Assembly: GCA_046290225.1 (NCBI GenBank) | Contig: JBKAGE010000044.1 | Location: 34,431-98,430 of the forward strand | Length of the DNA stretch: 64,000 bases | Source of the DNA: Bradymonadia bacterium | GTDB lineage: Bacteria; Myxococcota_A; Bradymonadia; UBA7976; UBA1532 | Reading direction: 5' to 3' | Shown here: positions 18,904-28,779 of the stretch, one piece after another | How the letters are laid out: every line of letters begins with the position of its first letter | Numbering within the stretch: position 1 is the first letter of the stretch | Notes under the pieces: model-generated | Databases searched by the model: none | The model's input: the letters and a program-made list of their open reading frames with translations, nothing else | What the model was told of the DNA's origin: nothing | Position numbers and translations under genes: made by a program

Positions 18904-19713
18904 GTGAAGATATCTGGCCAGAGGCACACGCACGCTCATCGAGCAGGTCTGCTCGTGCTCTGCTTTTCTGTGCTCTGCTTTTCTGTGCTCGGCTGTCGCG
19001 AAGCCGAGAAGCGAGCACCCAAGACCACCCTCCATGTGCTCGCCGCTTCATCGCTCACTGAAGCGTTCCACGATCTTGCCCGCGAGTTCGAAGCTCGGCA
19101 CCCCGATGTCGATGTGCGGTTGAGCTTCGCTGGCAGTCAAATCCTGCGCATGCAGATCGAGCAAGGGGCAACGGCAGACATCTTTGCCTCTGCAGACGAG
19201 GCACACCTCGACGCTCTGGTGAAAGCCGGGCTCGCCCTCGCGCCTCGCCCCTTCGCGCGCAACAGGCTGGTGGTGATTGTGCCTTCTGAGCACGCGCCCG
19301 CCGCTGATGGTCTTGAGGCGCTCTCACAGGCTCGACGCATCGTCGTAGGCACCGAAGGGGTGCCCATCGGGCGTTACACGTCACAGTTGCTCGCCCGCGT
19401 ACGAGAGTTGCGTGGGCCGCACTTCGTGAACGCCATTGAAGGGCACATCGTCTCTCGGGAAGCCAACGTACGCCTGGTCCGGGCCAAGGTGGCTCTCGGA
19501 GAGGCCGACGCCGCCGTCGTGTACCGCACCGACGTCAATGAGCAGGTCCGGGCCGTGGAGATGCCCTCGGGGCTCGACGTGCAGGCCCGATATCTCATGG
19601 GCCGGATGTCAGCGAGCGCCCACGCCGAGGTGGCCGCGGCGTTCATCGATTACGCCCGCTCTCCTGAAGGACAACGCGTACTTCGGGGGCGGGGGTTCGA
19701 CACCTTCGAGTGA
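18904..19713 (+). CDS. modA: Molybdate ABC transporter substrate-binding lipoprotein
   Basis: AASSLTEAF, SFAGSQIL..QIEQGA.ADIFASAD, VPIGRY, GEADAAVVY.TD motifs. Confidence 0.93.
   Translation: MKISGQRHTHAHRAGLLVLCFSVLCFSVLGCREAEKRAPKTTLHVLAASSLTEAFHDLAREFEARHPDVDVRLSFAGSQILRMQIEQGATADIFASADEAHLDALVKAGLALAPRPFARNRLVVIVPSEHAPAADGLEALSQARRIVVGTEGVPIGRYTSQLLARVRELRGPHFVNAIEGHIVSREANVRLVRAKVALGEADAAVVYRTDVNEQVRAVEMPSGLDVQARYLMGRMSASAHAEVAAAFIDYARSPEGQRVLRGRGFDTFE
18955..18990. repeat. 15-bp tandem repeat (GTGCTCTGCTTTTCT x2.4) in the modA signal peptide
   Basis: Exact duplication encoding VLCFS-VLCFS-VL. Confidence 0.9.
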
Positions 19714-19732
19714 TGCGCATCGCGCAGTCTGT

Positions 19733-20497
19733 TCAAAACTCGAAGTGACCGCCGAGGGTGATGGAGCGGCCCACCACGAGGCTGCCGAGATCGTCAGCCA
19801 CCCGTGAGTAGGACCGCCACACCAGGGAGAGGCTCCCGAGAGGCATGTCGTAGTAGCTGGCCACCCCCCAGGCGTTGCCCCAGGGCAACCCGTCGAAGAT
19901 GGAGTCGACGGCAGAGAACAGGTCTGCTTCGCCGCGGAGCCCCACGCGCACCCGGTCGGCATACACCCCCGCCTCGAGGTTGAAGTTCCACATGAAGCGG
20001 TCAATGCGGGTGGGGCCTGTGAGATCGCGCCAGACCATGTCGATGAAGTCGAAGTCGATGTAGAGGTTTTCGTCGGCGAACTGGCCGCCTACGGCGAACC
20101 GCCACTCACTGTAGGCCGCTGTGACTTCTTCCACAGGGCCACCGGTGCGCTGCGTGTCGACGTCGGCGCCAGACCACGCGTGTACCAACTGCACGCGCAT
20201 GCCTTGGGGCATCGGCGTGTATTCGGACCAGAAGGTCTCGGTGGTCGTGGTGGAGTATCGCTTCGTCACCACCTTACGGTCGTATCGCGTGCTGGCGATG
20301 ATGCTGGCGAGCAGCCCGGTGGAGTCGATGATCTTCACCCGATGTACCGGCAACTGCACCTTGACGTTGGGCTGACCCTCGATCCTGCGATGCTCGAACT
20401 GATGCAGCTCGTAGGCGTAGCCCAAACCAAAGGCACCGGCGACGGTGGGCGTGCCGAGCAGGGCCAGGGCGAGCAGGGTGAGCATCGAGGGGCGCAT
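19733..20497 (-). CDS. Secreted, probable outer-membrane beta-barrel protein
   Basis: Signal peptide, amphipathic strands, C-terminal ...GGHFEF. Confidence 0.65.
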   Translation of the reverse strand: MRPSMLTLLALALLGTPTVAGAFGLGYAYELHQFEHRRIEGQPNVKVQLPVHRVKIIDSTGLLASIIASTRYDRKVVTKRYSTTTTETFWSEYTPMPQGMRVQLVHAWSGADVDTQRTGGPVEEVTAAYSEWRFAVGGQFADENLYIDFDFIDMVWRDLTGPTRIDRFMWNFNLEAGVYADRVRVGLRGEADLFSAVDSIFDGLPWGNAWGVASYYDMPLGSLSLVWRSYSRVADDLGSLVVGRSITLGGHFEF

Positions 20498-20564
20498 ACC
20501 TCGAATTTAAGAGGAGCGCATTCGAATGTCGAGATGAGCGGCCATCGCAGTTAACATCATCCGC

Positions 20565-22025
20565 ATGCGTCGCCCAATCCACCTTCGACGACTCTGCATC
20601 TGGTCACTGGCTCTGAGCTGGCTGCTTTCGGGCTGTGTCTGGGACACCAACTTCTTCGACGACTACAGCGAAGCAGGCCTGATGGACTTCGCCGACATGG
20701 GCGCCGAAGGCCCGTTGGCGGACATGGCCCTGCCTGCAGACGCAGCCCCACCGCCGACGACGAGCGGTCTGGGGCCTGACTGCAGCGTTGGAGGATGCGG
20801 CCTGGTCACCTTCACCGGGAGCGCTCAGCTCGCGGGTCTCGCCGCCGATGACGGCGGTGGCGCCTGGGTGTTGATCAACGGCCCAGTGTCCTCTGCCCGC
20901 TCTGGCGGACAAGATGAGGCCCTCGACCCCAACGCACCGGGGCACCTGATCCACATCACTGGTGGAGGCTTCGTCGTCGACTTCGTCGCGCCGCTGCCGT
21001 TTCGCGGCACAGGCCTCGCTGCCACAAATACGGCGGTCTTCGTCAGCGGACACAATGTTCAGGCCGGCGAGTTCCTCGATCGCTCACTCGACCCGGCCCA
21101 GGGCAACGCCATCATCGCCCGGATCGCCAACCAGCAACTGCAGTGGTGGGTGACATGGTCCAGCTCTACTCCGCCGAAGCTGGGCAGTGAAGGCCCCACG
21201 GCGGTCTGGATCGCAGGCAGCCCGGGCAACCCCACCTTCACCCGCGATGGTGCGGCGACACCTTTCTTCGAAGGCTCGGCTCCTGATGCACCCGGGCAGT
21301 TCGTCGCCCGCTTCACGGGGCTGGGCGACCTGGAATGGCTACAGCCCTTTGGGGCACCTGATGCGTCCACCGCCCTCTTCGACGTCGGACCAGGCGGTCA
21401 CGGTGTCATCGCCGCAACAGGCAATGGCACCTTCTGGGACGGTACGGCGCTGTCACCGGTGATGTTCACGCTGGCGCAAATCAACAGCGCCGGCGGCATC
21501 ATCTGGACACAGCCTTCCACAGCGATGCCCACCGCCCTCGCCGTCGATCCCGGCGGCCGCACCTGGATGACCGCCCGAGTCTCTGGGGATCCCGGTGAGT
21601 TGCCGGTGGAGCATCCTGAGGGTGAAGCAGGTTATTCGGCGTTGGGGCTCTTGCTGCCCAACGGGATCGCATCAGGCGCTTCAGCGCTGGTGGGCCCTCA
21701 AGGAGGCACGATCGACGCGATCGGCGCATCAGGCTCTCCCCTGGTGCTGGGGCAGACCTATGGTGAGGGCAGCACCACCCTCGCCGAGCGTACCGTCGGT
21801 GCCACAGGGCTCTTCATCGCCGGGGTCAACGCCAATGTACGGTCCACCTGGATGCAGCGCATCGGCCCACCGAGCCCCAACGCCCCTCAGGGTCGCGCCG
21901 TCTCCGAGGGTGGTCAGTTCCAGTTCATCGCAGCTGACGCCTTCGCCCCCATCGAGTGGGGGGGTGAGACCTCACCGTACGCCGGCCAGCCCACGGTGGT
22001 GGTCCTGCGGTTCCCCACCCCCTGA
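20565..22025 (+). CDS. Lipoprotein with beta-propeller-like repeats
   Basis: LLSGC lipobox, acidic linker, repeated F/I-x-A-R...G...W units. Confidence 0.7.
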   Translation: MRRPIHLRRLCIWSLALSWLLSGCVWDTNFFDDYSEAGLMDFADMGAEGPLADMALPADAAPPPTTSGLGPDCSVGGCGLVTFTGSAQLAGLAADDGGGAWVLINGPVSSARSGGQDEALDPNAPGHLIHITGGGFVVDFVAPLPFRGTGLAATNTAVFVSGHNVQAGEFLDRSLDPAQGNAIIARIANQQLQWWVTWSSSTPPKLGSEGPTAVWIAGSPGNPTFTRDGAATPFFEGSAPDAPGQFVARFTGLGDLEWLQPFGAPDASTALFDVGPGGHGVIAATGNGTFWDGTALSPVMFTLAQINSAGGIIWTQPSTAMPTALAVDPGGRTWMTARVSGDPGELPVEHPEGEAGYSALGLLLPNGIASGASALVGPQGGTIDAIGASGSPLVLGQTYGEGSTTLAERTVGATGLFIAGVNANVRSTWMQRIGPPSPNAPQGRAVSEGGQFQFIAADAFAPIEWGGETSPYAGQPTVVVLRFPTP

Positions 22026-22059
22026 TCCACAACAGCTCACCCAGGAACTGACGCCTCTG

Positions 22060-24378
22060 GTGCATCCCGCCCTACAGCCACGCATCAGCCGGACCATTCA
22101 GGCGATCATCGCTGATCTCCTCAGGCACCTGCGCCGACTTCCGACAGCTCAACGGGCCCGATGGTCCGATCATCTGCGCTATGTCTATGGCCCCCTCAAC
22201 GGTCAGAGAGGGCTCGACCTCCCGGGCTTGATGCACAGCGCCCCATGGCTGCAGGGGGCACATAACCTTGAAGAGGTGATCATCGCCCTGCAGACGGGCT
22301 TCGCGTTCATGTGCGAAGCCCTCGTGATCACCCTGACGGGGCATGGCGGGTTGCTCGACGATCTGCCCTTTCATTGGGCACTTGAGCTCGCCGACGATGC
22401 CTCCCGAGATCTCTGGCAAGCGTATGTCGGCGAGTTGGAGTCTCTTTCGGACGCCTTTGCTGATGAGTTGTGCCATCACTCGGATCTCTGCGGCCAGCTC
22501 TACGCCGAGATGTTGCCCCGAGAGGTCCGCCATGCCCTCGGCGAGTTCTACACCCCCCGCTGGCTCGCAGCGCAGCTCATCGACGATCTCCAGCTCGAGG
22601 GCCCAACGCGCGTGGTTGATCCGTTCTGCGGATCGGGCGTGTTTCTGCTCGCAGCCCTCGACGCTCAGATCTCTGCAGGCCAGCCACCGGCCATGGCATG
22701 CGCCAATGTCTTTGGCGCTGACATCAATCCTGCAGCCTGCGTCGCCGCCCGTGGCAACCTCGCCCTCGCCTGGCACCGCCATGGCATCTCTTCAGAGCAC
22801 CGCCCACGTCAGTGGCCAGTCTGGTGGTCCGACAGCCTGCAGCCCGCGCTGTCCCGTGCCCATGATGGCGCTCGGCAGACCGTCGATGCGCCTCTATGGC
22901 AGCGCGCCCCCTTCGACGTCGTCGCCACCAACCCGCCCTGGGTCGGGTGGGAATACCAATCACGGGCGCTGAGGACCGCTGTTCAACCGGCCTGGGATCA
23001 CTACGCTCTCTCGTCTTCGAGAGGCACCGCCCGGGCGTTCCTCAAGGAAGACCTCTCTACCCTGGCCATGGTGGCCACCTGGGACACACTGCTCGCCGAG
23101 GGCGGACGATCGGTGGCGGTGCTTCGCAGCTCCACCATGACGTCGAGCGTGGCCTCCTCGGGCCTGCGCAGGTTATCGATCCATCCAGAGGCAGCGGCAG
23201 TCGACCAGATGGCGCTGGAGCACGTACACGTGCTCGATGATCTGCGTGTGTTCCACGGCGCCCGAGTAGAAGCCTGCGCGTGGATGCTCACCAAAGGGGC
23301 CCCCACCACCTTCCCAGTGCCCGGGCAGATCTGGCAACGGAAGCACTCCTCGGCACACCCTTCTCCCTGGGCACCGTTGTCAGAAGTGCTTGATCACGTA
23401 CACCTCACCCCAGCAGCGGTGACCCCCACAGATCCACAGCGCCAAGCGGATCGGTGGATGGTGGGCGCGCGGCGATGTGTCGAACTGAGCGCCGAGATGA
23501 GCGGCGTGTGTGCCTATCGCGGCCGCGCCGGGGTCTTCACTGGGGGCGCCAACGCGGTGTACTACCTCGAGCGGCAAGGGCCCCATGCGCCGGGGTGCTC
23601 TCGATACACCAACATCGTGAAGCGGAGCCGACGCCCGGCGCCGAAGATCTCGGCCATCCTCGAAGACGCCTGGGTGTACGAGATCATCCGCGGGCGTGAC
23701 GTTCAACGCTGGCACACCTCGGGTCACAGCCTGTTGCTCTGCCCCCACACGGCGGACACGCGTTTGCACGCCATCGACCCCACGGCCCTTGGGCAGATAG
23801 CACCCCATGCCCTCGCCTACCTCACCTCGATGCGGGCGACCCTCGACGCCCGCAAGGGCTTCACCCGCTGGGAGCAGCCCTATCGTGAGCAGGCGTTCTA
23901 TGTGTTGCAGCGCATCGGCGCGTATACCTTCGCGCCGTACAAGGTGTGCTGGCGCTACATCGCCACCGACTTCGTCGTCGCCGTGGTGGGCCCCGACGCT
24001 CTGGGGCGCCCCCGGCTGCCCAATGACAAAGTGATGAGCGTGGGGGTCGCATCTATAGAGGAGGCCCACTATCTGTGTGGGGTGCTGTCATCGAGCCCTG
24101 TGCGATGGCGGGTGCTCGCCCACTCCTCGGGCAAGCAAATCTCCGCGAGCGCCATCTCGTCGATCAAGGTGCCGAGGTATGACGCGGACGATACACTCCA
24201 CCGGCGAATCGCTGCGATCAGCCTTGAGGGCCATGGGCAAATCACCACCGCTTCTTCCAGCGCCAGAGCAGAGTGGGCCTGGGCGCTCGATGCCCTCATC
24301 GCAGACATGTTCCAGTGGCCCGTGGAACACATCGACACCTTCAGAGACGACCTGCATCGTTGGGGACTGACGTTTTGA
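22060..24378 (+). CDS. Amino (m6A-type) DNA methyltransferase, gamma class, with C-terminal target-recognition region
   Basis: RHALGEFYTP, DPFCGSG (motif I), GADINP, NPPW (motif IV), then a TaqI/Eco57I-like C-terminus (YTFAPYKVCWR). Confidence 0.88.
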   Translation: MHPALQPRISRTIQAIIADLLRHLRRLPTAQRARWSDHLRYVYGPLNGQRGLDLPGLMHSAPWLQGAHNLEEVIIALQTGFAFMCEALVITLTGHGGLLDDLPFHWALELADDASRDLWQAYVGELESLSDAFADELCHHSDLCGQLYAEMLPREVRHALGEFYTPRWLAAQLIDDLQLEGPTRVVDPFCGSGVFLLAALDAQISAGQPPAMACANVFGADINPAACVAARGNLALAWHRHGISSEHRPRQWPVWWSDSLQPALSRAHDGARQTVDAPLWQRAPFDVVATNPPWVGWEYQSRALRTAVQPAWDHYALSSSRGTARAFLKEDLSTLAMVATWDTLLAEGGRSVAVLRSSTMTSSVASSGLRRLSIHPEAAAVDQMALEHVHVLDDLRVFHGARVEACAWMLTKGAPTTFPVPGQIWQRKHSSAHPSPWAPLSEVLDHVHLTPAAVTPTDPQRQADRWMVGARRCVELSAEMSGVCAYRGRAGVFTGGANAVYYLERQGPHAPGCSRYTNIVKRSRRPAPKISAILEDAWVYEIIRGRDVQRWHTSGHSLLLCPHTADTRLHAIDPTALGQIAPHALAYLTSMRATLDARKGFTRWEQPYREQAFYVLQRIGAYTFAPYKVCWRYIATDFVVAVVGPDALGRPRLPNDKVMSVGVASIEEAHYLCGVLSSSPVRWRVLAHSSGKQISASAISSIKVPRYDADDTLHRRIAAISLEGHGQITTASSSARAEWAWALDALIADMFQWPVEHIDTFRDDLHRWGLTF

Positions 24379-25151
24379 GCCACACACGCCGAGCGCCCAG
24401 CTTGCTGCCCCGAGAGCACGGCGCCTACGCCGAGATCGGGTTCCCCCTCCTCGGCGCGCTGATCGCAGGCACGCCGAGTGTCGGCAGCATCTGCCTCACC
24501 CTGGCCACCCTCGCGGCCTTCCTCGCCCACGAGCCCTTGCTTGTGCTCTTGGGCCGGCGAGGTCCCCGAGCGCTGGAAGCTCTCCAAACACGCGCACGGC
24601 GTCGGCTGCTCATCCTCGCGCTGTTCACTGTGCTCAGCGGGGTGGCGGGGCTTGTCATGGCGCCAGCATCGGTCTGGGTGGTGGTCGTGGTGCTCGCCAC
24701 CCTGACCCTGCCCCTAAGCCGACTGATCGTGCACAAGCGAGAGAAGACGCTCTTTGGCGAGAGCCTCGTGGTGGTGATGTTCTCCGGTGCAGGGGCCATG
24801 GTGGCCCTCGCCGGTGGCGTACCCTGGCTCGATGCCCTGATCACTGCCTGGATCTGGTCGGCGACCTTCACGTTGAGCACGGCGGCGGTGCACGCCATCC
24901 TCGCCCGAACCAAACGCCGTGGCCGCAAGTGGCTCCCCACTGTGGTCTTGTGCATCGCGTTGGCGCTGGGGCTGCTCTCGCCCATCGGGTTCGTCTTCGA
25001 CGCCCCCTGGACCATGGCGTTGTTGCCTGGCGCCCTCACCACGGCAGGGCTCGTGATCTCCGGCGTGACTGCCAGACACCTTAAGCGTGTGGGCATCGTG
25101 GTGGTGATCTCGAGTGTGGCGACGCTGGTGTGCCTCGTGTTGCTCGTTTGA
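24375..25151 (+). CDS. YwiC-like membrane protein
   Basis: PREHGAY motif, multiple TM segments, GE motif; TTGA overlap with the MTase stop. Confidence 0.8.
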   Translation: MSHTRRAPSLLPREHGAYAEIGFPLLGALIAGTPSVGSICLTLATLAAFLAHEPLLVLLGRRGPRALEALQTRARRRLLILALFTVLSGVAGLVMAPASVWVVVVVLATLTLPLSRLIVHKREKTLFGESLVVVMFSGAGAMVALAGGVPWLDALITAWIWSATFTLSTAAVHAILARTKRRGRKWLPTVVLCIALALGLLSPIGFVFDAPWTMALLPGALTTAGLVISGVTARHLKRVGIVVVISSVATLVCLVLLV

Positions 25152-25292
25152 GCGCCCCGAAGATTCCCCCGTCACGCTCAAACTTTCCTTGACGCCTGCA
25201 GCACGCTCGTCATCAAAGAGGCCGTCTGAGAGGCCCCATCACATCCGGCTCGCCCAGATACACCTCAACTCATGATGTAGACAGGAGTCTTT

Positions 25293-26639
25293 ATGTACTT
25301 CGTGCACCGCTGCGCCTTGCCCGCTCTGATCTTCACGATGGCTCTTGGGGGCTGTGATGATGGCGAGGATGGCGTCGAACCCATCCCCGACGCAGCCCCA
25401 TCTGGTGGCTCTGGTGGTGAGGCTGATGCTGGGGGTGTGGGCGGCACCGGCGGTGGTGAAGCCGGCTCTGGTGGAGGTCAGGGCGGCGCAGGTGGCGCTC
25501 CCGACCTTTCAGATGCGCTTCGAGAGGCCCTCGAAGCCCGAGGACAGAGCGCATGGGAGAGCGCTGACCTCCCAGGGTTTTCCATCGCCGTGGTTCAGGG
25601 CAGCGAGGTCGTCTGGTCTCGAGGTTGGGGCTTCGCGGACATCGAGGGGCAAGTGCCCGCGACACCTGAGACCCCCTACACTCTGGGCTCGATCAGCAAG
25701 GCGATCATGGCTGTGGGCGTGATGCAGGCTGTCGATGCCGGACACCTCACCCTCAACACGCCGCTCTCCGAGCTGCCCATGCCCTTCGCGATCACCAACC
25801 CCAGGGCCCCCGAGGGGCAGATCACGCTGGAGCATCTCGTCACGCACACTTCAGGGATCCGCGATGGTGATGCATATGACTGCGCCTACGCCATCGATGA
25901 TGACGGCAGCGCCCTCTATCACCTCGCCGATCCAGACTTGGGATGCCCAGAGCCGGTTCAGATGGACCAGGCCCTGTTCGTCGAGAGTCACCTGACGCCC
26001 GAGGGCGCTCTCTACGACGAGGGGCACTGGGCAGCACATGCCCCTGGTGCACGATACAGCTACACCAACGTAGGCTCCGCCCTCACCGCTGTGGCCTTCC
26101 AAGCCGCCACGGGCCAGGGGCTCGACATGTGGACCTCTTCGAAGATCTTCGACCCACTGGGCATGACGTCGACATACTGGCACGCCGAGGGTGCCACGAT
26201 GCCCATGGCCGTACGATACTACCGACCTGAAGACGACGGGCCCCTGGAGCCCTTGCCCGCCTACAGCCTGTCCACGTGGGCCGATGGCGGTCTCAAGTCG
26301 AGCGCACAGGATTTGGGCGCATTCCTCGGGGCCGTGGTCAGCGCCTATGAAGGCACCGAGACGGTGCTCACACCCACGGCTGCTCAGGCGATGCTGGCCT
26401 CTCGGCTCGACATCCCCTCTGAGAGCGACTGGCAGGGCGTCTTCTGGAGCGGCGCAGGCGGCGTCTTCGGCCACTCGGGGAGCGATCCTGGTGCCGACAC
26501 TCTGATGTTCTACGATCGTACCAGCGCAGTGGGCGTCGTACTGCTGACGAACGCCGACGACGACTTCGCCGATCTCACGCCAGTGCACAGCCTCTTCTTC
26601 GATGTCTTCGAGATCATGGGCAGCGACTTCGAGCTGTGA
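25293..26639 (+). CDS. Serine hydrolase (beta-lactamase class C-like) lipoprotein
   Basis: SISK, LVTHTSG, YSYTN, GHSG motifs; LGGC lipobox and Gly-rich linker. Confidence 0.92.
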   Translation: MYFVHRCALPALIFTMALGGCDDGEDGVEPIPDAAPSGGSGGEADAGGVGGTGGGEAGSGGGQGGAGGAPDLSDALREALEARGQSAWESADLPGFSIAVVQGSEVVWSRGWGFADIEGQVPATPETPYTLGSISKAIMAVGVMQAVDAGHLTLNTPLSELPMPFAITNPRAPEGQITLEHLVTHTSGIRDGDAYDCAYAIDDDGSALYHLADPDLGCPEPVQMDQALFVESHLTPEGALYDEGHWAAHAPGARYSYTNVGSALTAVAFQAATGQGLDMWTSSKIFDPLGMTSTYWHAEGATMPMAVRYYRPEDDGPLEPLPAYSLSTWADGGLKSSAQDLGAFLGAVVSAYEGTETVLTPTAAQAMLASRLDIPSESDWQGVFWSGAGGVFGHSGSDPGADTLMFYDRTSAVGVVLLTNADDDFADLTPVHSLFFDVFEIMGSDFEL

Positions 26640-26789
26640 GCAGGGACTGCACCACTCACCCGAACCGCCGAGCGCCCATGCATGAAATGCACAGATGCAG
26701 AAACCTCGATGCCTTGGGCGGCTTCCCTTTGCTGCCCCCATCAGAGGATGGGGGATTCACCCATCTGATTTTCCGAGGAGCCCCCTGAC

Positions 26790-27308
26790 GTGAGCGTCTC
26801 CATCTACGACCTGACTGTCCCCTTCTTCATCAGCGGTTTGAGCACCTTGAAGGGTGTGCTTCAGAAAGCTGAGAGCTACGCCACCGAGGGCAACATCGAG
26901 CCTGGAGTGCTGCTCAACGCCCGGCTGTTCCCTGACATGTTCCCGCTGGTCCGTCAGGTGTGGGCCTGCACCGACACCGCTCGCCGCGGCACGCAGCGCG
27001 TGGCCGGCCTCGAGCCCTCAAGTGTAGAAGACAACGAGACCTCTTTCGAAGAGCTGTACGCCCGCATCGACAGCACCATCGCCACCCTCAAAGAGATCGA
27101 CGTGGCCCTCTTCGAAGAGGCCGAGACCCGCGCGTTCACCATGAACCTGGGTCAGGAGATGCACTTCACCGGCCGCAGCTTCGTGCTCGGCTTTGCCCAG
27201 CCCAACTTCCTGTTCCACGTGGCCACGGCCTACAACATCTTGCGCCACAATGGCGTGCAGATCGGCAAGCGCGACTTCATCGCCCCCTTCATGATGGCTC
27301 AGATGTAA
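26790..27308 (+). CDS. DUF1993-family protein
   Basis: RLFPDMFPL, PNFLFHVATAYNILRHNGV.IGKRDF motifs. Confidence 0.92.
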   Translation: MSVSIYDLTVPFFISGLSTLKGVLQKAESYATEGNIEPGVLLNARLFPDMFPLVRQVWACTDTARRGTQRVAGLEPSSVEDNETSFEELYARIDSTIATLKEIDVALFEEAETRAFTMNLGQEMHFTGRSFVLGFAQPNFLFHVATAYNILRHNGVQIGKRDFIAPFMMAQM

Positions 27309-27446
27309 CCCGCCCATCATCGCTCTGATGCATGACTCATGTAGAGCGTTCGTTTCTCTGCATACCCCACCCTCGCCATCTTGCCTCTCGACGGACCAGC
27401 ACACAGGCCCTTGAGAGGAGACCCCATGTTCAAGAAGACTCACACG

Positions 27447-28691
27447 TTACTCTGCTTTGAATGCTGGGTGACTCCATCCCATCCCGAAGCACTCGAAACA
27501 CATCATCTCGACGCCAGCGTGCTGATGCCTCCCCCGACCTTGACAATGTGTGCACTCAAGACTGCAGTCAGGCCGGCGCGGTAGGAGTGTGGTCAACTCG
27601 GCGCATTGTCGAATCTTCGCACCCGCATGAATGGCCAGGCACACCTCTCCCAAATGTTTTGCGGGGCGCACTGGCACCTCACCCTCGAGATCGTCCATAT
27701 ACGGGTGAAAGAACACGTCGCCATGCATTGATAGATAGACTGCGTCGCCCAGACCATGGGTCATCACGACAGCGTCATGCTCAATCTCAAGCTGATCTTG
27801 AGAGCCTGTGTGCCTGAGTCTCGACAACGTGCGCCTCATGTCGTCGGAAAACACCCGCCTCCACGAAGTCTGCATGAGTGCCTGAAACGGCGGCGCCGTC
27901 TGGCGGCGCTTTACCGGCTCGTACACGGCGAAGATCACCCAATCGAAAGCACCCGCAAAGCGTGGGCTGCTCAAAAGCTCGCCCCAGATGCCCGCCACCA
28001 TCTCTGGTGGGCATCCGAATACGCCACATCCCCACGCCCCGAGCAACACAGTGCGGTGTCCTTCGGCCTCGGCCACGGCGAGGACCCCGGCAGCCCGACG
28101 ACGTAACGCCTGCTCCACTTCGGGCATACAGTCGGGATCTCGCCGCATGGCTTGTGTGGCGTTCGGAGCGGGCGCGGTGATGACCGACGCCTCGAAGGGG
28201 GCAGAGAGCAGATCGCGGTTCTTGCGCCTGAAGAAGGGCACCTTGGGTGAATAGATGATGTGATCGGTATAGAGCATGGACCGGCAGGCCTCGTTGCTCT
28301 CGTAGTATTCACGTTGCGGACCCACACAACGATACAGCGCCGAGCAGCGGGCGAGATCTTCTTCTTGGGCCTTGGCCCCTCTGAGAAAACCCCCGCTGGG
28401 ATTCCGGGCCGAGGCAAAGCTGAGCAGAGCCAGATCGGTGACCCCCATCTGCGTCACCAGCTGCCAGGCAGCTTCTTGAGTCCGCATGTCCATGAAGGTG
28501 ACCAGGGGGTGCTGCCCAGGCCGATCAGGGCCGTCGCACAGCCGCATCACCTCGTGGGGTGTATAGGTGCAGGTGTCTTCGATGGCGTGCTGCACCGAGG
28601 CAGAGATGTCCACCCACTCACCCTCGGGGTTCTGGTATCGACCCTCGTCGGTGATGTGCATTGTGTCTTTGGCAACGCCTCGCAGCGACAT
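27447..28691 (-). CDS. TIGR02452/DUF2263 bacterial PARG-type macrodomain fused to a C-terminal Cys4 domain
   Basis: FASARNPSGGFLRGAKAQEE, YSPKVP, ITAPAPN, LGAWGCGVF; extra ~135 aa ending CTHCQGRG...CFECFGMGW. Confidence 0.88.
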   Translation of the reverse strand: MSLRGVAKDTMHITDEGRYQNPEGEWVDISASVQHAIEDTCTYTPHEVMRLCDGPDRPGQHPLVTFMDMRTQEAAWQLVTQMGVTDLALLSFASARNPSGGFLRGAKAQEEDLARCSALYRCVGPQREYYESNEACRSMLYTDHIIYSPKVPFFRRKNRDLLSAPFEASVITAPAPNATQAMRRDPDCMPEVEQALRRRAAGVLAVAEAEGHRTVLLGAWGCGVFGCPPEMVAGIWGELLSSPRFAGAFDWVIFAVYEPVKRRQTAPPFQALMQTSWRRVFSDDMRRTLSRLRHTGSQDQLEIEHDAVVMTHGLGDAVYLSMHGDVFFHPYMDDLEGEVPVRPAKHLGEVCLAIHAGAKIRQCAELTTLLPRRPDCSLECTHCQGRGRHQHAGVEMMCFECFGMGWSHPAFKAE

Positions 28692-28779
28692 GGGACCCCC
28701 TGTGTGAACCGCACTTACTGTAGCGTTCACACGAAGAGGGTTCTACCTCGATTTTTCGCAGGGGGCTCTACGAGGTGGA

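Noticed and set aside
21595..22059. N-terminal extension of the methyltransferase ORF
   Set aside because: It overlaps the upstream lipoprotein gene in another frame and has low-quality composition.
7068..25151. Genomic island integrated at tRNA-His
   Set aside because: No integrase or transposase, and no duplicated tRNA 3' end found by eye.
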